Source: an uncultured Dehalococcoidia bacterium (lineage in GTDB: Bacteria > Chloroflexota > Dehalococcoidia > DSTF01 > JACRBR01). Taken from it: 64,000 bases of DNA. The notes below the pieces were generated by a model, which did no database searches, was not told where the DNA came from, and saw only the letters and a list, made by a program, of their open reading frames with translations. Each line of letters begins with the position of its first letter. The first letter of the stretch is position 1. Below, piece by piece: positions 35,840 through 44,967 of this stretch. The DNA is taken from contig CAZRHH010000008.1 in the NCBI GenBank assembly GCA_964599885.1, forward strand, positions 22,599 through 86,598, in the 5' to 3' direction. The translations under genes and the position numbers were made by a program.

Positions 35840-36506
35840 CGGCGTCGGCGACGAGGTGCTCCGGCGCCAACGCCGCGCTCGACATCGCCGGCGCGCTGAG
35901 AAACTTGTACGCGATCAGCGCCGAGGTCGACGCGGCGTACGCGGGCAACCAGCGCGTCGCGCGCGGGCCCCACAGATTGCCCTTGCGCCGCGCACACCAG
36001 TACGCCGCCGCGCCTGTGAAGCACGCCGAAGACAGGTACGTGGCGATGCCGGCCTGCCCCTTCGACAGCATTACCGTGGCGCCGGCGAGGCCCAGATCGA
36101 ACGGCATATACGCCGGGAAACAGATGATCGATGTCCCCGCGCTCGTGGCGACGCCCTTCCCACCCCGGAAGCCCTTCCACGGCGGAAAACAGTGTCCCGC
36201 GACGGCGCCGATGCCCGCCACGTACGCGCCGTCATCGTCCGCGATACGGCGTCCGGCGATGCTCGCCAGGCATCCCTTAAGCACGTCGCCGGCGAGTACG
36301 AGCAACCCCCATTTCGTGCCGAGGATCTTGGCGGCATTCAGCGCGCCCGGATTTCCGGTACCGGCCACGCGCAGATCAACCGGCGGGCCGTGGTTGTTTC
36401 GGCGCGCGACGAATCGCGAGACCATATCGCCCGTGGGAAAGCTGCCGATCAGGTACGAGGTTACACCAGCAGTTAACAAATGTCGTACACGTTTTTGTTC
36501 AGACAA
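35808..36506 (-). CDS. plsY: Glycerol-3-phosphate acyltransferase PlsY (acyl-phosphate dependent)
   Basis: 232 aa polytopic membrane protein. YLIGSFPTG, GTGNPGALNA and GGKGVATS motifs. Confidence 0.9.
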   Translation of the reverse strand: MSEQKRVRHLLTAGVTSYLIGSFPTGDMVSRFVARRNNHGPPVDLRVAGTGNPGALNAAKILGTKWGLLVLAGDVLKGCLASIAGRRIADDDGAYVAGIGAVAGHCFPPWKGFRGGKGVATSAGTSIICFPAYMPFDLGLAGATVMLSKGQAGIATYLSSACFTGAAAYWCARRKGNLWGPRATRWLPAYAASTSALIAYKFLSAPAMSSAALAPEHLVADADDTMGCAVAS

Positions 36507-36815
36507 CGAGCCGTCTCCCGATTCTTCTGCTCGAAGGGTGAACAGGGGTCAGAAGCTATTCGCACCTTCGGGGAGTAACGATCAAGTTCCGTTGACGCTG
36601 ATTGGACGGCGCCCGCCAACAGTATCCACTGCCGCGCGCATCCGCTAGTCAGGGCGGCGTTGTTCGCACGCTGTCCATCCGATAGGCCGGGCGGCCGGCT
36701 GATTGCATCGATACGCTCGTCACTCCTCACACCATCCAGCGACTGTCCGGTAGCAAGGTGCGCTCGCGCGTCACCACACGACATTGCGCCCGGCCAGCAA
36801 GCAAGGAGCATCTCT

Positions 36816-38234
36816 TTGAAGATAGGCGTACTGATCGCTGTTGTCGCGCTTTCGATCGTTGGGGTCGGCATCGCGGCGGCGGCTCAAAGCACGTTCAACC
36901 TGAACCCGGGCGACTCCGTCAACGTCGTCTGCACAGGCACCAACCTCACGACCGAACGGATCAACAAGAAGAACATCAAACTCTCCTGCCTCGGATCGAC
37001 CGCGACGGCTACGCGGACGGCGGCGACAACGGCCAGCCCAGTCCGCACAGGCACCTCCGCGCCGTCAACGTCCACGCGTACGCCGGCCGTGTCGACCACG
37101 ACGCCCACACGGACGGCGACACGGACGGCGACGCGGACGGCAACACGAACCGCGACGAGGACAACGACGCCGGTCGCGACGGCAACGCGCGTCCCTTCGA
37201 CGGCGACGCCGGGGACAGGCGGCGGCGCGGCGAACTGCGTGTCCAACTGCGGCACGCCACGCTATTTCTGCGACACGTGGAGCGGCGGCTTCTGCGACGA
37301 CTACCGCCGCAAGACTTCGGGCGCGACCAAGGTGCCGTTCCCGGCGCCCGGCGACGCGTACAGCTTCGACGCGCTCGGATCGAACCAAACCGGCTACAAC
37401 ACGAGTGGCTGGACGGCGAGCGGCCTCCGCAACTTCTCGGCAAACGAGCACTTTATGACGGTCATCGATGACGAAACGTTCGGCATGGGCACGCTGCGCC
37501 TCCAGCAGCCGTTCGATTTCGCCGCGCGCGAAGGCCGCGTACACTTCGATGTCGATCTGAAAACCAGTGCCCGGCGCTACGTGCGCTTCATGCTCTCGCC
37601 GCAGCTCACGAAGACCGTGACCGATGACCGCTTGCCGGAAGCACGGCGGGCGGCGAACGCGCTGGACCTCTGGTTCATCAACGGTACGTTCGTCGGGCAC
37701 GTCGTGAAGAACGGCGTGGTTGTCGACTCGTTCAGCATCGACTGGCCGCGGTACTACGGCGCCGACAACGTCCGCGACTCCGTCGACGTCTACGTGACGC
37801 GGACGCACGTCCGGATCGTCGTCAACGGCCAGACGTTCGTCAACAGGACAGTCGCCGACATCGGCTTCGACCGCTCTTACGTGTACCTCGTCCAGGCGTC
37901 GTATAACCCGTGCAAGGACGGCGAGTGCAGCGAAAACCTGCAGCAGTTCCACTGGGACAACGTCGCCTTTGACGGCCCGACGCTCCCGAACAACTCGCTG
38001 ACGGCGAGCGGTCGCCGCGACGCCGTCTTCAACGCCTTCTCCGCGCTCTCATGCACGGTGCGCGGGGTCCCCGCTTCGCCGACCAGCAAGGTTACGTGGG
38101 GGCGCTGGGTGACCTGGGTGGCGAATCTTCCCGACGATGGCACGCCGCTGAGCATCGGGGACGTGCGCTGCACGTACGACTTCGTGCAGAACGGATCGGA
38201 TACTCCGCGCGGGTTCGAGATCGTGAAGCGCTAA
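36816..38234 (+). CDS. Secreted or membrane-anchored hypothetical protein with Thr-rich (TRTA)n linker and Cys-rich C-terminal domain
   Basis: ORF 36660..38234. Start set at TTG 36816 (LKIGVLIAVVALSIVGVGIAAAAQS) behind AAGGAG. TRTATRTATRTATRTATRTT linker. About 330 aa of C-terminal region of unknown fold (CVSNCGTPRYFCDTWSGGFCDDY...). Confidence 0.7.
   Translation: MKIGVLIAVVALSIVGVGIAAAAQSTFNLNPGDSVNVVCTGTNLTTERINKKNIKLSCLGSTATATRTAATTASPVRTGTSAPSTSTRTPAVSTTTPTRTATRTATRTATRTATRTTTPVATATRVPSTATPGTGGGAANCVSNCGTPRYFCDTWSGGFCDDYRRKTSGATKVPFPAPGDAYSFDALGSNQTGYNTSGWTASGLRNFSANEHFMTVIDDETFGMGTLRLQQPFDFAAREGRVHFDVDLKTSARRYVRFMLSPQLTKTVTDDRLPEARRAANALDLWFINGTFVGHVVKNGVVVDSFSIDWPRYYGADNVRDSVDVYVTRTHVRIVVNGQTFVNRTVADIGFDRSYVYLVQASYNPCKDGECSENLQQFHWDNVAFDGPTLPNNSLTASGRRDAVFNAFSALSCTVRGVPASPTSKVTWGRWVTWVANLPDDGTPLSIGDVRCTYDFVQNGSDTPRGFEIVKR
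37107..37166 (+). repeat. In-frame 12-nt tandem repeat (ACACGGACGGCG x5, degenerating) encoding (TRTA)n
   Basis: Units start at 37107, 37119, 37131, 37143 and 37155. The first two are identical. Confidence 0.8.
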
Positions 38235-38244
38235 TCGTGACGAT

Positions 38245-38270
38245 GGCGGGAGGGGAGCTCCCCTCCCGCC
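38245..38270 (+). terminator. Perfect 26-nt palindrome GGCGGGAGGGGAG/CTCCCCTCCCGCC after the 36816..38234 gene
   Basis: The hairpin starts 11 nt after the stop. No U tract follows, so terminator function is uncertain. Confidence 0.4.
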
Positions 38271-38288
38271 AACCTGCGCCCCGGGCAG

Positions 38289-38319
38289 TTGCCATGTGCG
38301 CTTGCGGCGGGAGTACAAT
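38289..38319 (+). promoter_or_regulatory. Candidate promoter TTGCCA-19 nt-TACAAT for the DinB-like gene
   Basis: TTGCCA 38289-38294 and TACAAT 38314-38319, with AGGAGG 38331-38336 and ATG 38343. The spacer is 1-2 nt longer than optimal. Confidence 0.3.
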
Positions 38320-38342
38320 CGCCTCAATGAAGGAGGTACTCC

Positions 38343-38843
38343 ATGGACCGGCTCAACGACGTTCGCGACATCCTTACCTCGCACCATGAAGACATGCGTT
38401 CGCTGATCGGCGGCCTCGACGACGCAGATCTCGATCGAAGGACCGAGAACGGCTGGAGCATACGGATGATGGCTGGGCACATCGCGGAGTCACCGAAGGG
38501 CGACATCTACGTGCTCAAACGGCTGACGGCAGGGAAGAACGCAACGTTGCCCAAGCCACTGGCCTTCATACTCGACCTCGTGAACTGGAAGGACGTGCGC
38601 AAGTTTCGCAGAGCGACCAAACCGGATCTGCTCTCGGTACTCGAGACGGAGCACAATGCCATCTTCGCCTACGTGACGGCGCTCTCCGAGGAACAACTCG
38701 ATCGGCGGGGCATCGTATTCGGCAGGGGCGAGCTTTCGGCGCTGGAGTATCTGCAGCAGACGCCCGCCCACGGTCGCGAACACGGTGCGAGCATCCGGAA
38801 CGCCGTCGCTGCCCCTTCGGAGGGAGCGGGCAGCCCTGTATAA
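38343..38843 (+). CDS. DinB-superfamily four-helix-bundle protein
   Basis: 166 aa. The helical pattern and HxxxH-type spacing (MMAGHIAESP ... PAHGREH) are typical of DinB_2-like proteins. Assignment is by eye only. Confidence 0.55.
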   Translation: MDRLNDVRDILTSHHEDMRSLIGGLDDADLDRRTENGWSIRMMAGHIAESPKGDIYVLKRLTAGKNATLPKPLAFILDLVNWKDVRKFRRATKPDLLSVLETEHNAIFAYVTALSEEQLDRRGIVFGRGELSALEYLQQTPAHGREHGASIRNAVAAPSEGAGSPV

Positions 38844-38851
38844 TCCGTCCA

Positions 38852-39208
38852 ATGCACGACACGGAACCTCAACGTCGCACAGCGCCGCGATCGTGGCTGC
38901 TGGCCTTCGCACCGGTGCTGGCGCTCGTGCTGATCGCTGGCGCGGCCGCCGGTTGCGAGCGCAATAGCCAGCTCGTCGCCGACGAGCAAATTCGCGAGAG
39001 CCAGAACCCCTGCCCCAAGGGCTGCGAAATGCCCGTGCCGGGCTGCACGATCAAGGGCGTCGTGTCGCCCGAGGGCGACAAGCGCTTCGTGCTGCCCGGC
39101 AACCAGTTCTATCGAACGCTGACCGTCGATGCCGGACGTGGCGAACGGTGGTTCTGCAGCGAGGTTGAGGCGATCAGCAACGGCTTCTCACGCGCGCGCG
39201 CGAGCTAG
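38852..39208 (+). CDS. Small lipoprotein with C-terminal IKG..G.K.F.LPG...Y......GERWFCSE.EA...GF motif
   Basis: 118 aa. Signal plus lipobox AAAGC. The C-terminal motif recurs in small bacterial extracellular modules. The stop overlaps the convergent gene's stop (CTAG). Confidence 0.6.
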   Translation: MHDTEPQRRTAPRSWLLAFAPVLALVLIAGAAAGCERNSQLVADEQIRESQNPCPKGCEMPVPGCTIKGVVSPEGDKRFVLPGNQFYRTLTVDAGRGERWFCSEVEAISNGFSRARAS

Positions 39209-40389
39209 GCGACAACCCCGCGTTCCCTGAGACCCTCGATCGCCTGCGCGTCGTAGCCAATGGACGCCAGCACGTCGTCGGTGTGCTGCCCGGCGACGGG
39301 CGCCGTCGACCGCACCGAACCCGGCGTATCCGACAGCTTCGTTCCGATGCCCACCTGCTTCACCTTACCGAGAAGCGGGTGGTCGACTTCGATGACCATC
39401 TGGCGCGCCAGGTTGTGCGGGTCCTTCAGCGCTTCCGCGAGCGAGTACACCGGCGCCGCGCAGATGTCGGTCTGCTTCAGTATCTCGAACCACTCGTCGC
39501 GCGGCTTCGTCAGGAACTGTTTCTTGAAGTGCAGCGCGATCTCGTCACGCGCCGACGGGTCGTACTGCTTCGGGATGAAGTCCTCGCGCCCCATCACCTT
39601 GCACAGGTTCACGAAGAAGTGCGGCTCGAGGCTGCCGATGCTCACCCAGCCGCCATCGCTGCACTGATACACGTTGTAGTGCGGCACCGAGCCGTTGAGC
39701 AGCGTGCCGCCGCGCGAAGGCGAGTTGCCGCCCATCAGCACGCTGCCGGTGAGGCTCGCAAGCAAGTACAGCACACCGTCCGACATGGCGATATCGACGT
39801 ACTGGCCGCGGCCGGTGCGCTCGCGCGCCATCAGCGCGGCCAAAATGCCGAACGCCGCGTGCATGCCGCCCCCGGCGAAGTCGGCGATGATATTCATCGG
39901 GATCGCCGGTGGCGTGTCGGGCCAGCCCACCATCCCCAGCGCGCCGCCGACCGAGATGTAGTTGATGTCATGGCCGACGATCTGGCTGTACGGACCGGTC
40001 TGGCCGTAGCCGGAGAGCGAGCAGTACACGAGGCGTGGATTCGCCTCCTTCAGCGTGTCGTAGTCGACGCCGAGCCGCTTCACCACGCCCGGACGGAAGC
40101 CTTCGAGCACAACATCGGCCGTTTCGGCGAGTTTGTAGAACACCTCCCGCGCGTCCTGCTCTCGCAGATTCAGCACGATGCTGCGCTTGTTGCGGCTCAT
40201 CGTGTTGTACGCGGCAAGCTTCGACGCGTCGTCGTTCGAGCGTCCGGGGATCGCCGCCGCGAGCTTGCCATCGGCCGGCGCCTCAATCAGCAACACGTCC
40301 GCGCCCATGTCGCCGAGCATCATCGAACAGAACGGACCCGGCGCCAGGCGTGACAGATCGAGAATCTTGATTCCTTCGAGCGGCAGCAT
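39205..40389 (-). CDS. Family III CoA-transferase (CaiB/BaiF; formyl-CoA transferase / alpha-methylacyl-CoA racemase-like)
   Basis: 394 aa. N-terminus GIKILDLSRLAPGPFCSMMLGDMGADVLLIE is the family signature. Confidence 0.9.
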   Translation of the reverse strand: MLPLEGIKILDLSRLAPGPFCSMMLGDMGADVLLIEAPADGKLAAAIPGRSNDDASKLAAYNTMSRNKRSIVLNLREQDAREVFYKLAETADVVLEGFRPGVVKRLGVDYDTLKEANPRLVYCSLSGYGQTGPYSQIVGHDINYISVGGALGMVGWPDTPPAIPMNIIADFAGGGMHAAFGILAALMARERTGRGQYVDIAMSDGVLYLLASLTGSVLMGGNSPSRGGTLLNGSVPHYNVYQCSDGGWVSIGSLEPHFFVNLCKVMGREDFIPKQYDPSARDEIALHFKKQFLTKPRDEWFEILKQTDICAAPVYSLAEALKDPHNLARQMVIEVDHPLLGKVKQVGIGTKLSDTPGSVRSTAPVAGQHTDDVLASIGYDAQAIEGLRERGVVA

Positions 40390-40472
40390 GGTCGTCCTTT
40401 CGTTATGTCACACACGGCTGCGCCGAGCGCGCAGGAAAGCCTGTCGCCTATCCGGCCGTGCGTCAAGCGCGA

Positions 40473-41822
40473 CTACGTCAGCTGGCTGAGCATGATCGTC
40501 GCCAGTCCGAGAAAGATGAAGAAGCCCATGATGTCGGTGAGCATCGTGTCGAAGACGCCGGCCGCGGTCGCCGGGTCGACCTTCAAACCGTAACGCAGCG
40601 TCATCGGGATCAGCACGCCGCCGAGACTGGCGACGATCATGTTGAGGAACATGGCCGCGCCGGCGATCAGCGCGAGGGTGCTGTTCTGTTCCCACAGCAA
40701 CGCGATCAGTCCGAGCGTCAACCCGAAGATCACGCCTTTCACCACGCCGAGCGCGAGCTCTTTCGAAAGCACCCGCATCAAATGGCTAAGATCGATCTCC
40801 TCGAGCGCGAGCGCGCGCACGATGATCGTCGACGTCTGCACGCTGGCGTTGCCGCCCTGCCCGGCAATCACCGGCATGATCGCCGCCACGGCGGCGACCT
40901 TCGCGATCGTGTCCTCGAACAGGCTGATCACGAGCGCGGCGCACAGCGCGACCCCCATGTTCACGACAAGCCACGGCACGCGGCGCCGCACCGACTCTCC
41001 GAGCGGGCTGAGCGCACTCGCCCGCGGTGAAATGCCGGCGAGCTTGTAGATGTCCTCGGTCGCCTCGGCCTCGACAACATCGAGCACGTCATCGACGGTG
41101 ATTACGCCGACGAGCCGATCCTCGGCGTCGACGACGGGCAACGCGACGAGGTCGTACCGCTGCACCAGGCGCGCCATCTCCTCCTGATCCATGTCATCGC
41201 GCGCCTTCACCACCTCGCGCGACATGATCTGCGAGATGGTCGCCTTGGGAGCGGCAATGATCAGGTCGCGCAGGCTGACGATGCCTTCGAGCCGGTTCGA
41301 GGGATCGAGCACGTACAGGTAGTACGCCGACTCGGCGTCGGGGCGCACGCGCCGCAAATACAGGATTGCGCGTTCGACGCTCCAATCGGCGCTGAGCGAG
41401 AGGAACGCCCGCGTCATGTGGCCGCCGGCCGTCTCGTCGGCATGGCGCAGTAGCGGCGCTACGAGCGACGCGCGCTTCATCGAGCTCAGCACTTGAGCGA
41501 CACGCTCCGGCGGCAGTTCGTGCAGGATGTCCGCGACGATGTCGTCGTCGACTTCGTCCAGCAGCCGCGCCAATTCGGCAGGCGCCAATTCGCCGAGGAT
41601 CTCTTCCCGCCGTTCGTCCGGCAGATACTCGATGACGCGCGCCAGCTCGGCGCGCGGCATGATCTCGATCAGCGCCTCGCGTTCATTGCGCTCGAGTTGG
41701 GTGATGGCATCAGCCGAATCGGCCGGGTGTACGGCCGCAAGCCGCTGCGCCGCCTCCAACGCGCGTCCTTCGTCGAGAAGGTCGTGAATCTCCGTGAAGA
41801 GGCTGACTGCTTCCTCTTCCAT
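40473..41822 (-). CDS. mgtE: Magnesium transporter MgtE
   Basis: 449 aa. N-domain, tandem CBS pair, and a 5-TM C-terminal domain with PVIAGQGGNASVQT. Confidence 0.93.
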   Translation of the reverse strand: MEEEAVSLFTEIHDLLDEGRALEAAQRLAAVHPADSADAITQLERNEREALIEIMPRAELARVIEYLPDERREEILGELAPAELARLLDEVDDDIVADILHELPPERVAQVLSSMKRASLVAPLLRHADETAGGHMTRAFLSLSADWSVERAILYLRRVRPDAESAYYLYVLDPSNRLEGIVSLRDLIIAAPKATISQIMSREVVKARDDMDQEEMARLVQRYDLVALPVVDAEDRLVGVITVDDVLDVVEAEATEDIYKLAGISPRASALSPLGESVRRRVPWLVVNMGVALCAALVISLFEDTIAKVAAVAAIMPVIAGQGGNASVQTSTIIVRALALEEIDLSHLMRVLSKELALGVVKGVIFGLTLGLIALLWEQNSTLALIAGAAMFLNMIVASLGGVLIPMTLRYGLKVDPATAAGVFDTMLTDIMGFFIFLGLATIMLSQLT

Positions 41823-41910
41823 CGGGCCTCCGCTGCTATTGGTGTTGGTCTGGATCGACCCACGAGTGAAACACGCGCAACCCAGGTAGCGACGCGCGTC
41901 GCGTCACGGC

Positions 41911-42678
41911 CTAGTTCGCGCGAAAGAAACCCGTGATCCGCCGCTTCAGATCGGCGGAGTGCGGGCCATCGAACAGCGCCGTCCCGTGCGCGCTCCCCTC
42001 GTAAATGTGCTGCTGTTTTGGCTCCGGCGCGATCTCCCAGAACTCCTCCTGCGCGCGCGCCTGCGGGACGTCGTCCGCGCTCGTCACGAAGAGTTTGGGT
42101 TCGCTGATCTTGCCGACGTGCTCGAGAGCATCAAGCGGCGGAAATTGCCCCGGCGACGAAATCGACACGATGCCCGCCACATCCACGCGCGATCCGACGA
42201 CCAGCGCTGCCGTGCCGCCCATGCTCGCGCCGACCAGAAACACCTTCTCGATGGCGAGCGCGTCGCGCATGTAATCGATCGCCGCAGCAAGGTCGGTATC
42301 GATCCGGTCGAACTGTTTGTCGCCGGTCGATGCGCCGTAGCCGCGAAAGTCAAACGTCAACACGGTGTACTCACCCGACTCGGCGAGCTCGGTCGCGAAC
42401 GGGAACCACTCCGTCTGATCGGCCGGCCGCATATGCGCGAGAATGATGCCCGTCGGTCCATCCCCAAATACACGGCCATCCAGCGTAAGCGGTTCGCGCT
42501 CCTCGTCGCCGGCTTCCGGCGTCGTGCTCGGCTGTGAGGTGAACGTCACCGTCCTCGCGACGGACTCTGCCGTTTCGACGACTTCAGGGGGCGGTGTCGT
42601 GTCGCCCGTATCACCACAACCGGCAAACGCGAGCGCGAGTCCCGCTGCGAGTACGCGCAACCGGCTGGTGTCGCGCAT
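41911..42678 (-). CDS. Alpha/beta hydrolase lipoprotein
   Basis: ORF 41911..42780. Start set at ATG 42678 (MRDTSRLRVLAAGLALAFAGCGD), which shares one base with the argG stop (TGATG). GASMGG nucleophile elbow. Confidence 0.8.
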   Translation of the reverse strand: MRDTSRLRVLAAGLALAFAGCGDTGDTTPPPEVVETAESVARTVTFTSQPSTTPEAGDEEREPLTLDGRVFGDGPTGIILAHMRPADQTEWFPFATELAESGEYTVLTFDFRGYGASTGDKQFDRIDTDLAAAIDYMRDALAIEKVFLVGASMGGTAALVVGSRVDVAGIVSISSPGQFPPLDALEHVGKISEPKLFVTSADDVPQARAQEEFWEIAPEPKQQHIYEGSAHGTALFDGPHSADLKRRITGFFRAN

Positions 42679-43928
42679 CAAGCGCCGGCGCTCGGCGTCT
42701 CGGACGTGCCGAGCTGAAACGGCTCCTCGCCCTCTGCGAGAAGCTGCGTCTGGGCCTGCTGCGCGACTGGCAAGCCCCATATCTGGATGAAGCCAACAGC
42801 GTTGTTGTGGTCGTATTGGTCGCCGCGATCGTACGTCGCCAACTGATAGCTATAGAGACTCTTCGGCGACTTCTTGCCAACAGCCACGGCGAGCCCTTTG
42901 TGCAGCCGCATCCGCACCGAGCCGCTGACGTAGCGCTGCGTGCTCTGCACGTACGCCGCGAGATCCTGGTGATGCGCCGTGAACCAGAGGCCGTTGTAGA
43001 TCAGGTCCGCGTACACCTGGCGCAGCGAGTTCTTCGTGCGCAATTGGTCCTTCGAGAGCGTGAGCTGCTCGAGCGCTTCGTGCGCTGCGTGAAGCGTCCA
43101 CGCGCCCGGCGCCTCGTAGATCTCGCGCGATTTGATGCCGATCAGCCGGTTCTCGACCATGTCGGTGCGGCCGACGCCGTGTTCGCCGGCCCATTGGTTC
43201 AGCGTCTGAACGAGCGTCACGCCATCCATCTCGTGCTCGTCGAGGCTGACCGGGCGGCCGTGTACGAAGCCGATCTCGACCTCACGCGGCGCGTCGGGCG
43301 CGTCGGCGATCGACCGCGACCACTCGTATATCTCTTCCGGCGGAGACGCCCACGGGTCTTCGAGTGCACCCGCTTCGATGCTGCGGCCCCAGAGATTCTC
43401 GTCAGTGCTGTACGGGCTTTCTTTCGTCGCCGGCACCGGCACGTTGCGAGCGGCCGCCCACTCGATCTGCTCCTCACGGCTCATGCGATGCTCGCGGACC
43501 GGCGCGACGATATCGAGATCGGGCGCCAACGCCTTCGTGCTCACGTCGAAGCGCACTTGATCGTTGCCCTTGCCCGTGCAGCCGTGGGCGATCGCCGACG
43601 CGCCCTCTTCGCGCGCCACATCGACGAGCATTTTGGCGATCAGCGGCCGGCCGATCGCGGTGGCGAGCAGATACTGGCCCTCGTAGACGGCGCCCGCCAT
43701 CAACGCCGGAAACGCGAAGTAGTCGATAAACGGCTGCTTGCCGTCGCGCACGACACACTTGATGGCGCCGATCTCCATCGCCCGCTGCTCGACCGTGCGC
43801 AGATCCTTCTCGTTGCCGAGATCGATCGTCAGGGCAACGACGTCGTAGCCGCGCTCTTCCTGCAGCCAGCGAATGGCGACGGACGTATCCAGACCGCCTG
43901 AATAGGCGAGCACGATCTTCTTGGCCAT
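42678..43928 (-). CDS. argG: Argininosuccinate synthase
   Basis: 416 aa. MAKKIVLAYSGGLDTSV ATP-PPase motif, plus the conserved GCTGKGNDQVRF. Confidence 0.97.
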   Translation of the reverse strand: MAKKIVLAYSGGLDTSVAIRWLQEERGYDVVALTIDLGNEKDLRTVEQRAMEIGAIKCVVRDGKQPFIDYFAFPALMAGAVYEGQYLLATAIGRPLIAKMLVDVAREEGASAIAHGCTGKGNDQVRFDVSTKALAPDLDIVAPVREHRMSREEQIEWAAARNVPVPATKESPYSTDENLWGRSIEAGALEDPWASPPEEIYEWSRSIADAPDAPREVEIGFVHGRPVSLDEHEMDGVTLVQTLNQWAGEHGVGRTDMVENRLIGIKSREIYEAPGAWTLHAAHEALEQLTLSKDQLRTKNSLRQVYADLIYNGLWFTAHHQDLAAYVQSTQRYVSGSVRMRLHKGLAVAVGKKSPKSLYSYQLATYDRGDQYDHNNAVGFIQIWGLPVAQQAQTQLLAEGEEPFQLGTSETPSAGA

Positions 43929-44172
43929 CGGTCGGGCTCCTCGTAGGCCGTGGTGCGCCCGCGCGAAACGGGACGAAAGGGCCGGTTCTTTGTACGTGAA
44001 TCATCGAAGGCGTGCAACAAGTTTGACACGCATCAGATTCGAACAGCCAAGTCCCATTGGTGTCGCGACGGCTTGGCAGTGCATACGCCGCAAGCGTGGG
44101 CGCCCAGTGCTCTAGCCGCTCGCGCGGGCAGACGTTAGGCTCAGTCCGTCGAAATCATCGAAAGGCACGCAC

Positions 44173-44913
44173 GTGACGCGACACGACGGACGGCGACCCG
44201 ACCAGCTTCGCACGATCAGCATCGAGCCCGGCTTTCTCTCGCACGCCGAGGGCTCAGCGATGGTGCGCTTCGGCGATACGTGGGTGCTGTGCACCGTCAG
44301 CCTCGAAGAGCGCGTGCCGCCGTTCATGCGCGGGAGCGGCAGCGGCTGGGTGACGGCCGAATACGGCATGCTGCCCCGCTCGACGAACACGCGCACCGAT
44401 CGCGAGGCCGCGCGCGGCAAGCAGAGCGGCCGCTCGCAGGAGATCCAGCGGCTGATCGGCCGCTCGTTGCGCAGCGTCACGAAGCTCGACCTGCTCGGCG
44501 AACGGAGCTTTCTCGTCGACTGCGACGTGATCAAGGCCGACGGCGGCACGCGGACTGCGTCGATCACCGGGTCGTGCGTCGCGCTCGTGCAGGCGCTGCA
44601 GATTCTCGTCAAGAACGGGACGGTCGGGTCGCTGCCGGTCTCTGGGCTCGTCGGCGCGGTCAGCGTCGGCATCGTCGAGGGCGCGCCGGTGCTCGATCTC
44701 GACTATCCGGAGGACTCGTCGGCGGACGTCGACTTCAACGTCGTGATGACCGACGACGGCCGGTTCGTCGAAGTGCAGGGTACGGCCGAGCGCGAGGCGT
44801 TCGATCGTGCGATGATGGACCGGCTGCTCGATCTCGCTGCCGGCGGCATCCGCGAGCTGAACGCTGCACAGCGGGTTGCGATCGCGTCGCTCGGGATCGA
44901 GCTGCCGGCGTAG
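44173..44913 (+). CDS. rph: Ribonuclease PH
   Basis: 246 aa with a GTG start. [27 protein letters not shown] and [17 protein letters not shown]. Confidence 0.96.
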   Translation: MTRHDGRRPDQLRTISIEPGFLSHAEGSAMVRFGDTWVLCTVSLEERVPPFMRGSGSGWVTAEYGMLPRSTNTRTDREAARGKQSGRSQEIQRLIGRSLRSVTKLDLLGERSFLVDCDVIKADGGTRTASITGSCVALVQALQILVKNGTVGSLPVSGLVGAVSVGIVEGAPVLDLDYPEDSSADVDFNVVMTDDGRFVEVQGTAEREAFDRAMMDRLLDLAAGGIRELNAAQRVAIASLGIELPA

Positions 44914-44967
44914 TATTCGGACGACGGTCTCCAGAGCGATGCGAACGGCGCGTGATACGATCAGGGC

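Noticed and set aside
37107-37166. The tandem repeats (this 12-mer array and the heptad arrays) as CRISPR-like arrays.
   Set aside because: The units are 7 or 12 nt with no unique spacers. The 12-mer array is in frame inside a gene, and no cas genes are present.
41823-41910. M-box (ykoK) Mg2+ riboswitch upstream of mgtE.
   Set aside because: Only 88 nt separate mgtE from the upstream gene's stop, which is too short for the M-box of about 160 nt. No conserved M-box segments were seen.
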